Assembly (NCBI GenBank): GCA_051294375.1
Contig: CM119267.1
Span: forward strand, 23,460,257-23,524,256
Direction: 5' to 3'
Length of the DNA stretch: 64,000 bases
Source: Paraspadella gotoi
Lineage: Eukaryota; Animalia; Chaetognatha
Every line of letters starts with the position of its first letter. The stretch's first letter is position 1. The notes beneath the pieces are model-generated. The model did not search any database, was not told the DNA's origin, and saw nothing but the letters and a program-made list of their open reading frames with translations. The translations under genes were made by a program, and so were the position numbers. Shown piece by piece: positions 46,442 to 57,513 of this stretch.

Positions 46442-48083
46442 CTAGATTTGAGAAAAAAAATATTACTTAATTCTTTGGAAATAGTAGATGTGAATTCTCA
46501 AAACATAAACCGAAAAGTATAACTGTTGCGCCACAGTTAGCGGTAGCCGACCAAATTCAAATTTTAATGGTTGAGATTGAGTGACAGATCGACCGACCGA
46601 CCCAAAAGTGAAAGTTTTTATCAGTGGGCCACAAGCTTCGGATTGGGTGTGGCAATGCCAAAATTATTTTAATGATCAAAATTAATTTTTATTATTCATT
46701 ATCTTTAGAAATATATCTTGAGGCAAAATGGTATTAGTTCACAACGAATTTTATTTTTCATAGAAAACGTACATGTTTCGGCTTTGGATGCAAGCCTTCT
46801 TCAGCGTCAAATGAAGAAGGCTTGCATCCAAAGCCGAAACATGTACGTTTTCTATGAAAAATAAAATTCGTTGTGAACTAAAACCATTTTGCCTTAATAC
46901 ATATAACAACGAAAAAAGAAAGGTTATTACCACTAAGAAATATATCTTAAACTAAGTTTCACTCGCTCGTCCATACTTTAACCGTCCATCTTTAACTTAC
47001 CCGTTTTGATTGGATCTCCGTCGATCTGTTGTATCTTGAGATATTCCAAATATTTTCTGCATTCTTGCAGCACGTCATCGTTTAAATCAAGGAACATACA
47101 TTTACAAATATCTACTAGTTCGTCAAAGAACTGGTTGAATTCAGCTTCGTTAAGATCCTTTTCAATTCTAATTACTTTATTTCTCATTTCTGTCAAACGT
47201 CTCTTTTCATTTCCTTTTTTTGGCGCAAGTTTTAGAACTATATAACCAAAAAACGGAATATCAATATCTCCAAAAATTGGCACTTGTCTTTCTTCGTATT
47301 CGTCTTTAGCTTTGGAACGAAAAAAACTATAATTTTTCAAAAATTCATAATTCTCTGAACTCCATCGCAACCAAAGTTCGTTATCAAACTCTTTTCCATA
47401 TTTTTTCTCCAAGAGAATCTTTACCAATTTCTTTAACATATAAACTCCGCCATCTTGAATCGCGATAATGATCCTGAATAGTCGATACTGACTTAAGTTT
47501 AAAAATCTAAGAAATAGATTTTATTATTTAGTAATTCAAACCTTTTATTTTTTTAAGTAATATATTAATTTTACTCACCCTTTTCGGTTTCATCCAAAGG
47601 CTCATCCTTTAGTCTTTGAAAGTAAGTGAGCCATTTATCTCTTTGGACAGAGTCATAAATTAATTCTTTAACAATGCCTAATATCTTCTCAATTAAAGTT
47701 TCAAGTTTCTCATTGCTGATTTCAATGTCTGTCGAATGGGCAAACTCGTTGCGTATTTTATAGATACGATTGATAAAATTATATTTATCGAAAATACGTT
47801 TAGATAAATGATTGAGGAAACTTATATCGATCCTTTCTAAAACGGGAATCTCTTTATCCATATGAGTGAGTTTTTCTGTCTCCTTAAAATATTTACATTT
47901 CTTTACGAAGTCGTAATTCTCGACGCACCATTCCTTCCACATCTCATCCTCATATTCCCGCCCACAATTCTTAGCCAAAGTCTCTTTGACCAACTCCATC
48001 AACAGGACGCGCAACTGTTTCACCGCGATGGTCCATCGGAAATATCGTTTTCGACCCTCAGTGTAAATTTTCTGGCGCGGCAT
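44139..48083 (-). CDS. Spliced gene (~1105 aa): HEPN-like x2, IRE1/RNase L-like protein kinase, KEN ribonuclease, tandem ubiquitin-like repeats; no signal peptide or transmembrane segment
   Basis: ATG at 48083. Exons are ~48083-47575/47579, 47506-47001 and 46441-44139 (TGA). Intron 2 is clean: GTAAGT donor at 47000, ttttctcaaatctAG acceptor at 46442, phase 1, giving ...KTG-TVTSSGQLFSIDYKAPLDKTHDNPVVYEGELYGEPNRVAIK. Intron 1 phase is ambiguous by 1 nt (see findings). Confidence 0.8.
46720..46935. mobile_element. Palindromic Penelope-like element remnant (inverted partial pLTR) with 13-bp target-site duplication, in intron 2 of the kinase-KEN gene
   Basis: 83-bp inverted arms at 46721-46803 and 46812-46894 (one mismatch) around an 8-nt loop. 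Direct repeat AGAAATATATCTT at 46707-46719 and 46936-46948. A hammerhead core is followed by AATAAA, as in PLE pLTRs. Confidence 0.7.
46766..46808 (-). ncRNA. Minimal type-I hammerhead ribozyme
   Basis: Minus strand reads GACG-CUGAAGA-A-GGCUU-gcaucca-AAGCC-GAA-ACAUGU-A/CGUU: conserved core, 5-bp stem II, palindromic ACAUGU helix III, GUA cleavage triplet (cut between 46770 and 46769), and stem I GACG:CGUU. Confidence 0.75.
47001..47506 (-). CDS. Internal exon: second, degenerate HEPN-like repeat
   Basis: Acceptor tatttcttAG at 47508-47507 and donor GTAAGT at 47000. The open frame FLNLSQYRLFRIIIAIQDGGVYMLKKLVK...DIDIPFF...EMRNKVIR aligns by eye along its length with exon 1. Confidence 0.8.
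47575..48083 (-). CDS. First coding exon: DZIP3/hRUL138-like HEPN domain with intact Rx4H motif
   Basis: 170-aa helical ORF with RYFRW, IDISFL and KIRNEFAH (RNEFAH at 47753-47736), followed by EISNEKLETLIEKI. This is the motif order typical of animal DZIP3-like HEPN domains. A donor GTGAGT lies at 47578. Confidence 0.75.
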
Positions 48084-49120
48084 CCTGGCGTTGGAATTAT
48101 GAAATTCGTACTATTAGTATAGTATATTATATTACTATAAGAATAAACTTTTTTCTTATGTATCTGTGGATAGATCTCGGAGTATTTCTGAGTAAAATAT
48201 CGATTTAATTGTGCACAGGAAATTATTGGTATTAACAGCAAGGCGTTCGTAGGCCGATTTAGAAAATTTAAACGAAAGCTTAATTATCTTGATTTCTGCA
48301 GCTGTTGTTTTATTCGTCACTTGGAAACGATCGAGACTTTGATTCTTTTTTTTTCTTTCTTGCGAAAGATTTTTTTTTTTATGAAAGACAACAATTTAAA
48401 TATTCTTTCGAATGAAAGGGTAATGTAATTGTAAGTTGGTTATATACAGAGACAGAGACAAAGAAATTTATATTGAGATAGTAGATATCAGATATATACA
48501 TATATACACAGCAGATTTTAGACGCCGAAAGCATTTAATTAAGTTTAATTGAATTAAAGGGGAGATGCTGATGAACAAAATTTGATTTCGAGAGCGAACC
48601 ACGTTTTTATTCCCCACAGCCTCGAAACGAATTTTCGATAAAAATAGAAGTTAGTCGGACAAAAGGTCAAACCGAAATCAATCCCGAATTCCCGATACGT
48701 AATATGAAATTAAAAAGGCTCGTTGACGTTTTTGTCTTTTTGATTTGTCTTTTTTTTTATTTTGTTGTCATGTTAATGTACATTTAGAAAATAATGCTCA
48801 AACTTTAATCGTTGAAGTTTCTCTAATGAGAGGAGATTTTTGAATAAGTTAAAAAGGGAAAACTGAGCTTTACTTTAATCCATTTTTGGTATTAGTTATT
48901 GTGTTAAAGTATTTTTTTTTCAAAAATGTTCTGAACAATTCTGATCAATCATAACATGTCAGAATTTTTTTTTTTATTTTAAGTTTTTTAATTTATTTTT
49001 GATAAAGCTATTATTACTGTGTTTTATTACCAAAATTAGCAAAAACAGTTAAAATCATTGATGATAATGAATGATGATATTTTTAAGGTTTTTCTCAATT
49101 TTGACCTATTTATCATCAAT

Positions 49121-49248
49121 ATGAAATTGGTACAACCAATATAAAAATTATCCATTCATTTAATAAATAAGCTATCTTGCCCCTGACTTTGGACAGGCTT
49201 TGGTGGTTTAAGGCCTCCATCACTCTTACAAGATAATGACATAGCAGG
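49121..49248 (+). repeat. Dispersed repeat; inverted copy at ~63502-63627, fragments at ~50662-50702 and ~60552-60605
   Basis: CCCCTGACTTTGGACAGGCTTTGGTGGTTTAAGGCCTCCATCACT..ACAAGATAATGACATAGCA matches the reverse complement of 63502-63627. Confidence 0.8.
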
Positions 49249-49697
49249 TCACTGCAAGCTTTCAATCAAGACTCTCTCACAGTCGTTTATTCACTCCCAG
49301 AGTACCTCTGGCTTCCCTATCAATGAAGTGGTATAATATTTCATATATTCATATATTATAAAAAGAATTATACTTTTATAAGCTATCAGAATCTGCTTTT
49401 AAAAGTACAGAATTAAAAAAAATTCAAAAAAGTTCCTATCTATACATAAATATTAAAAATTAATGATAGTGCTTTGAGCCAATTTAGAAAATTGTGTTCC
49501 ATTGGAAGTTTTCTCAGAAATGTATTAAGTTTCATTGGGGAAGGTTCCTAAATCAAATTTCCGACCCGCCTCATTGACATAGATTGGTCCTATTTACGTT
49601 TCTTAAAGTTTTTAACTTTTGTGGTCCGACTGATTGTTTCTAATTCTATCATTCACGGAATGAATGAAAACGAGGGAGAACACTCCCGAAATGGCGG

Positions 49698-49748
<51 letters not shown>

Positions 49749-50069
49749 TCAACAAAATGGGCGTCGCGATATGAGAGGACGAATTAAGGGAAGAAGATTG
49801 GAATTTCGCAAAGTCGATGAGTTGAATCAAAATCTTTCGACGCCAAAATCGCTAATCTGAATAACGCAGTTTAATATAATGTAATATAATATAACGCAGT
49901 TTAATATAATGTAATATAATATACCGCATTATAACGATTAAGAATCACAACTTCACAATTTCACAACTTCACAACAATAACATTGTCAACGATTTTGTTT
50001 GAGGCTTTAGTTGATTGATTTGCAGCCTCATCTGTTGGCCGAGAGCGAGAGAGAGAGAGAAAGAGAGAG

Positions 50070-50102
<33 letters not shown>

Positions 50103-53066
50103 CAGCATTTTTCTGGGTGTTGCCTCATGTTGGATGACCTTCTGACTTAATCTTCATCAAGACGACGACTTCAAAGACTCGAACTCAGTTAATTCTCCTC
50201 CTCCTCTTTCTCCTCCTCCTCCTCGTCCTCTTGATATCTTCTTCCTCCTTCTTCTTTATCTCTTTCCTCCTTTTACTTTCTCCTTCTCTTATTTCTCTTT
50301 TTCTCATTCATCTTCCTCCCTTCTTACAACCTCGCCCCCTTAATCCTCCTCCTCCTCCTCCTCCTCCTCCTCCTCCTCCATGAATGCCAAGTCGATTATC
50401 CTCCCCTTTTTTTCCCTAAGATCAAAGAGGAGACGAAAGTCGGCGCCTCAGAGGCTCAACACTCAACAGGCTCGTCGACGTAGTCGTCTTCGTCATCGTC
50501 ATCATCGTGGTCTTTGTCGGCGACCTCTTTTATTTCCTCGTCGTTGTCCTCGTCGTCGTCGTCGTCGTCATTGTTTTAGTCGTCGCCTATTTTGTCGTCG
50601 GCATCATCAGTAGCGTCGTTGTTGTTGTTGTTGATTATGCACTTAATTAATTGACTTTGACTCTGACTTTGGACGGGCTACGGTAAATTGAGGCCTCCAT
50701 CCCAACCCTAAGAAAATTAAAAATTCAGTTATTTTTTTACCCTCACCGACCCAAAGCTCTGTACGACATTTTCCCAAGACCAATCGGGATTTTAGCGATG
50801 ACTTCGAAAAAAGTTTTAAGGTGATATTGAATCATAGTATCTGTGTTGGGCCGCGCGGTTCCCCTTCGCGTGGATTGGCCTCGACCAATCACCGTCGAAA
50901 GATTCGGAGAAAGAATTTGTTCCTTTTTTTTTTCCGCGCAATTCAAGCGAAGGAATCAGGGGAAAGCGTTGGTCCTTGATTTATTGAAGCACGATTGATT
51001 TTGCCAGGCGACGGCCAACCGTTTTGAAAAACCAGCGGAGTTATGTATATCAATGACTATTCTGTAGTTGATATGTCTCCTTTGTGCTGCTACAATCCGT
51101 TATTTCTACCGACTCTTGCAGCCATAGAATAGAGTCTTGGGCTGAAGAATATCTACTGTCGTTTCGATGGTCGTCTTTACGCTTCCCATGCCGGCTGTAG
51201 TAATATTTTTGTTTAACATAAAGGGAATAACTATTATGCTTTACGGAATCTCTTTCAGTATGAAATATGTTATAAAATATTATCGCGAGACCTACCGACA
51301 AGAAACTCTTCTTTAAGATGTGCAACGACGCATCGAAAAAGAAGAAAAAAGATCCAAACATTTGCCAGTTTTTACGCTCGGCATTACTTTCCGTTTTTTT
51401 GAAGGGGGAGAAAGAGAGAGAGAGAGAGAGGGAGAGAGAGAGGGAGAGAGTCCAACATAGAGAGAGAGAAAAAAAGCCACGAGGGACAAAGGAAGTGTGT
51501 TTAAACAAATCTATGACCGGCCAATTTTTTGCTACCCCAAGATATATTTAAAAAAAGTCATTTCTTTATTCACAACATGGTGATAATAAGTCTTATCTTA
51601 AGTAACACCTGTAAATGTAATTATTAAAAAAAAAAATTAAAATTAAGATTTTTTTGCATTTTTAAAATTTTAATCTCGTCTGTTGGCAAAGACGCGAAAG
51701 GGAATCATTTTTTGGAAAAGAAAAATGAAATTTTCTTTTATTTCATCACGTTACTTTTTTTATTCTTCCAATTATTATATATTATATTATATATATTATC
51801 TTATATATATTATATAATATCGTTAAAGGGCCTTGTATGTTTTCATAGGAAAAAATTGCAAGATTGATTAAATTTGATTAAATTTAAAAATAAAAGTAAA
51901 ATTTACTATATTAGATTTCGTTATATTCTTTATATAATGTATATTATTTTATAATGTAATGCGAAGAGGAATGTTAGTGTTGTCTTCTGGAAATAGAGGG
52001 AGTCTCTCTCTCTCTCTCACTCATTATCACTAACGTTTGATATGATTTCGATTTTACTGTCATACTCGCCGCCGTTACCTTCAGTCTTCGTAATTGTCGC
52101 TGTCGTCGTCATCATCGTCTTTTGAGTCATCTTTATATTTGAAAATATTTTTCGCGGTTTTGCACTTTCGAGTTTCGATCTTTGCGGTCGAAACTCACGA
52201 ATTTACGATTTTCGATCGAGAAATGCGGGCGAAGAAATCCACGGAAAAGCTTTTCTTGTGGCGAGAGTAATACATAACCCTCGCAGATGGCCTCCAGTGT
52301 AGCCCGCGCTCAATCAAATCCTAAGGATCTTGGTTCGCAGCCCTGTTGAGTCGTTCTAGAACAAAGTTACGCCAGTGTCACATACTTGGGATCGTCTAAT
52401 ATACTATTTAACAAAATCTGACTCAATTATTATAACAAAAACTAATAAATTGAATACTCCATTTCGTTTGCGCTTTATTTATATTCCTAATGTTTCAGTT
52501 TTAATATTCATTTACAAAAGTTTAATCTATTCCCTAACCCTAACATTTTTTTTAATCTTAAACCTTAAACCCTAAATCCTAAACCCTAAACCCTAACCAA
52601 AACTCTAATTAAATCCCTCGCCCTAATTCCTTATCTACTCCTCATCCTTTACATTTATCCCTTAACTTAATTATTAATTTAATTAATATAAGTTAAAATA
52701 AAGCGATTTCTGAAAAGAAGGCCCCATACTCTCCAATAACTGAGAAATACCCTGGTAACTCTGCCGAACACCCCTTCAGCAACTGCAGCCTGCAGTCCTT
52801 GCTACTCACTCGGGTTGTTCGGAATACTTGTAACAAACGTTTGCTGCAGGTGGCGAAGAGTTTGGCAATGAAGTCGGTGATAAAATGGCGTCGAAGATGG
52901 GACCGAGAGGAAAAAATGGGCGTGGCGAATCGGCGGGAAAGAGTGGCGGGAAAAGTGGCCATAATCTTGATCACTTTTTCGCCTCTAAGTGAAGCCATTG
53001 ACCCGAAGGAGAAAAAGAAAAAAAAAGCGTCTCTCTCTCTCTGTCCTTTCTTTTTGTACCCCTTTT

Positions 53067-53131
<65 letters not shown>

Positions 53132-54080
53132 ACAGTCCCTATTCATTGGGGGCATAAGTGAGACAAAAAGAAAAAAAAGGGAAAGCGGTGGTGATTCAGA
53201 AATCACGAGCGTGAATAAGTCGGGAAATGCAAAGAAGGTTGTGAAGAAATTCAAAGAAATTGTGAGAAAAGTTAAAGAGGGTGAGAAGTAGAAAAAAAGT
53301 GTGGCGGCGAACAACGTAAAGAAAGGAAAAGCAGGAGGAGAAAACCAAAATAGTTAGCGAGCAGCAGGCAGCGGGCAGGAGAGAGATGCATGGAGTAAGG
53401 GAGACAGAAGGGGGCAGAGGTTTGGAAGTAGTAAAAGGAGGAGGAGGAGGAGGAGCGTGGGAATCTTCACCGAATCTTTCTCTCGCGCAAATTCGGGTCA
53501 AAGTCGCCAAAAGACGAAATTGGAGAAAAAGGGAAAAAAAGTGTGAAAATGGAAAAGCGGAGAAAAGCAGAAAAAGTGTTGAAATCAAAATAGAAAAAAG
53601 TGAAAAAGGAAAAGTAGGAAATGGAAAAATGAAGATAAATGAAAATGGAAAAGTTAAAAAGTGTTGTGATGAAAATAGAGTAAAAGTGAAAATGGAAAAG
53701 TAGGAAATGGAAAAATAAAGAAAAACGGAGAAGTAGAAAAGTGTTGAAATGAAAATAGAATAAAAAAGAAAATGGAAAAGTAGGAAATGGAAAAATGAAG
53801 AAAAAATGGAAATGGAAAAGTGGAAAAGTGTTAAAATGAAATTAGGATGGAAAAGGATAAAGTTGAAAATGAAAAAAGTAAAAATTTATAAAAAGGAAAA
53901 GACGAAAAATGGACGTGATGTGAATAAACTGAATATAGGATTAAAGGACCTAGAAATTACTATCATTCCTTTCTATATCGTTTTTCGTTGATAATTAAAA
54001 TTTCTAATTAATAATACTAATTTTCTTTTTTTCCTGCTTCACGCTTCGTAGCAGGTAAGTGATTCCTTTTAGTGAGCCAC

Positions 54081-54126
<46 letters not shown>

Positions 54127-54823
54127 TGACTTAATTTGTTTACCATCGAAGGAAAACCAAAAACAAACAAGAGTCCACACGATTTGGCCAAAGACAAAAA
54201 AGAGAAAAAAAGAAAGAAAAAGAAAGATATAAAAGCAGTGAATTTTCTTGTTAACCTTTCCATGTTTTTGATTCTTAAATGAACCTACACTCTTTCTTTA
54301 CGCTTTTCGTCAAAATCTATTTCTAACTCAATTATCGTTGAATATATATATATAGACACATTAGACAATGCTAGTTTTGGTAAAACCGTTTCTGCTTTCT
54401 ATCCTTTCACAACTTATTACTGCTTTAAAAACAACAAAAGATAGGCTTGCCAACGAATTGTATTTATTTACATTTAAAGATTATTTTATTAACCGAAATC
54501 TAAAACATAACGATCGACTTTGCAAAATAGGGCTTCTCCATACCATACTCCATTACTGATGACAAAAATTCTTCAAGACTTTTGTTTTTCGAAGTACTTC
54601 ATTCTTTCGTTAGAGGTCGCCTATGCCAGAGGGAACTTCTTGAAAACAAAAGTCTACGCTGCTCGAATATAGACCGATTAAACCGATAGACGATTTTATA
54701 AAACTGGAAAACAGTCAGCTACGCTTTAAAAAAGAAAAATATTTTTATTTCAAGAATTACGAAAGAAAATACATTTAATTTCAAATAAAATTCCGATCAA
54801 GATATCCTCCAATATCATCGAAG

Positions 54824-55811
54824 TTAAAACTTTTGGAAAATCCAGTTGGGCAAATTTTTATGAATCTCGTTCATCTTCGGAACGACGTCCTCCAACCCGT
54901 TACAGTCGTTCTCCAAACACGCGCACTTCACGGACGGGACTTTGGTCAGATCGACGGCGGGAACGCCTCCCTTCACCGAGCCATCTTTGACGACGCCGGC
55001 CGTGGCCGTCCGAACGTCCAGCTGGTATCCGCTGCTGCGACGTCCAAGCGACAAAAGGCTCGAGGCTTCGTCGTCGTTGTTGTCGTCGTTAAGTCGTCGC
55101 CAAAGTCGGCGAGACGCTTCATTCTCTTTGACGAAAGAGTTTCGGATTTCTCGAAGTCGGCGACGGATTTGCTGGGGGGGGGAAGGAGGGGGGAGATGGG
55201 GGGGGGGAAGAGGGTGGGAAGAGAAAACGTAGAAAGAGAAGAGATATTGGAAGAATTAAAATGGAAAGGAGAAAAGAAAGGAATAAAGGAAAGAAAGGAG
55301 AAAAGGGGAAAGGAAAAAAAAAAAAAGGAAGGTAGGATTTTAGACAAATTTTCAAGTCGTGGAAAAAGAAAAGGATATTTTATCAGAAGGAAAAATAAAA
55401 ATAGAAATTTCCATAATTGATTTGTTTCTGAGACTTTCCTTTTGCTTAATCTCTTCCGAACTTACCTCTCTACCAACTTCTCTCCGGACAAACTTACCTC
55501 CCGCAAGACTGCAGATAATAAGTGTTGTTGTCCCTCAAGTTCGGGTCCACGCCCGCGAAAAAGACTTGAACGGTGCAAAAGTCGCAGGGTTGACCTCGAC
55601 CACCCTTGCTCCTCTGATCAGGAGTCTCGGGCTTTGTCTTCCTCATCGTCTCGTAGCACTCGACGGCGTCCGGCGCCCCGTTGGGCAGCTGCGGACGGAA
55701 GCTGCCCGTCGAGTCGCAGCAGGAGAGGCCAGTCGCGACAGCAGCTGCGGAAGAAGAGGAGGAGGAGGAGCCGGAAGTGGCGAGGAGGAAGAGGAAGAGG
55801 AAAGAAAACAT
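54824..55811 (-). CDS. Single-domain secreted three-finger-like protein, paralog of the 56-58 kb gene; 2 exons; apparent frameshift in exon 2
   Basis: Signal peptide MFSFLFLFLLATSG. Exon 55811-55498 ends at a GTAAGT donor; exon 2 starts at 55171 after a cccccAG acceptor. Cys pattern LSCC..EC..PCDFC..SC..FC..KCACLENDCN; the last part lies in a shifted frame (ORF 54824-55054). Confidence 0.65.
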
Positions 55812-56265
55812 GGCCGCCTTGTTTTCGTTTAGTTTTTTTGTTGTTTTATTTTGTGTTTTGTTTTTTCTGCGGTGGAAAGAAAAGCAGGAGAAGTGCACAT
55901 TAATAATACGATACAATTTAGATAAAGCATTGAAAAAGTTCAAATAGAAACCCGGAAGCTAAATATTTTTTAAATAATATTTAATATCAAAACTGGTAGC
56001 CATTATTCACCCTCGCCACAAAGACAAACAGACATAAACAAAATTTGAAATAAAAACCGAGATTCTAATTTTTATTCTGACGTATCGAGTAAAATAGTTT
56101 ATTAGTATTGTATGGTTAAATTCGTGGTTCTGTTTAAAATTTTATAAAAAATAAAGCTTTCAACATATTCTTACATCCTGTTTTTTTAAAACAATTTCTT
56201 TTCATCAAATACAGACAAATGTCGCAGAGACAGCGGCGACCAAAAGGGCGAAACGTTCCGCCTTT

Positions 56266-56476
56266 TTAAACGAGAACAAGGGCGAAGACAACGGCGATCG
56301 TCGCCGACATCGCCGTCGTCATCGTCGTCGCGTCGTTCGTCGTAGTCGTCGTCGTCCTCGCCGCCGTCGTCGTCGGTTTCGGCGCCATCGTTGTCGGCTT
56401 CTTTTTAGTCGTCGTCGTCGTCTTCGTCTTATCAGTTGATGTCGTCTTCAATGTCTTCGTCGTCGTTCCCGTCGGT

Positions 56477-56517
<41 letters not shown>

Positions 56518-56755
56518 TGGTGGAAGCAGCTTCTTCGTCTTCCATTTGATGTCCAGCTTGGCGAAGGACACCCATTGGTTGCACCTGTCCGCGTTGCATT
56601 TGCACCTGACGTAAGGCGCCCGATCATCTCGGACGAAGAGGGCGCAGGTGTTCATGTCGACGTCGTTGTCTTTGGCGTTGTAGGCGTCGGCGAGCTTAGG
56701 AGGCTTTGTAGGGGAAGTTGTGTCGCATATCTGTGGAGAGAGGAGAGAGAGAGAG

Positions 56756-56854
<99 letters not shown>

Positions 56855-57469
56855 AGTTAAAAATGACTCATGACTGTCGAGAAAAGCCAAGCTCCACATC
56901 CCCAGTCCTCCCCCGCCCCCCCTTATTTCCAAAACTCAAAAGAGCATCCCGTCACCTGAGTGAACTTCATGTTGGTCACATCGAAAACGAGGCTGCAGGA
57001 GGAGCATTAGATTCGTTCTTTTCGCATTTGTTTGCTGCGAATTCGTCGACGGATGTTGAGCTGCAGCAACTTTCGATCTTCAGGTTGGAGGCTCTGGAAA
57101 TTGGAAATTGAAGTTGTGTTGCATACATCGAGTAGTCGATGTGGAAGACTATGCCGAGAGCAGTTGGTGCTGATTCTCGGTCGATTAGCGGGGTATTAAA
57201 TATTAACGCTATATTGACTATAATGACTTACACCGGCATCGTCCACCGATAACTCTTGGACGGAATCACGTTGTTTTGATTCAAGCCCCAATTGCAGAAA
57301 TCCTCCTTGCAGGCGCAACGAACGCTCCACTCGCTCGATTCGTCGGGATCCACAGATTTGGGATCCTTGTGTGGATCGAGGACCGGAGAGCCGGACCCGG
57401 CTACGGCCTTGTGTTGTGGGGTTAGGGGGAGTGAGAGAGAGTGGGGGAGACGAAGAGGAGAGAAGAGAG

Positions 57470-57513
<44 letters not shown>

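Noticed and set aside
46812-46850. Second hammerhead on the plus strand
   Set aside because: The core begins AUGAAGA (C3 missing) and the 5' strand of stem I is absent; likely an inactive truncated arm.
44139-48083. Calling the kinase gene IRE1/ERN1 or RNASEL
   Set aside because: It has no signal peptide, luminal domain, TM helix or ankyrin repeats and carries extra domains. Orthology cannot be established by eye, so no symbol is given.
44244-48241. Short ORFs overlapping the kinase gene, mostly plus-strand
   Set aside because: Antisense or alternate-frame shadows of the real minus-strand CDS.
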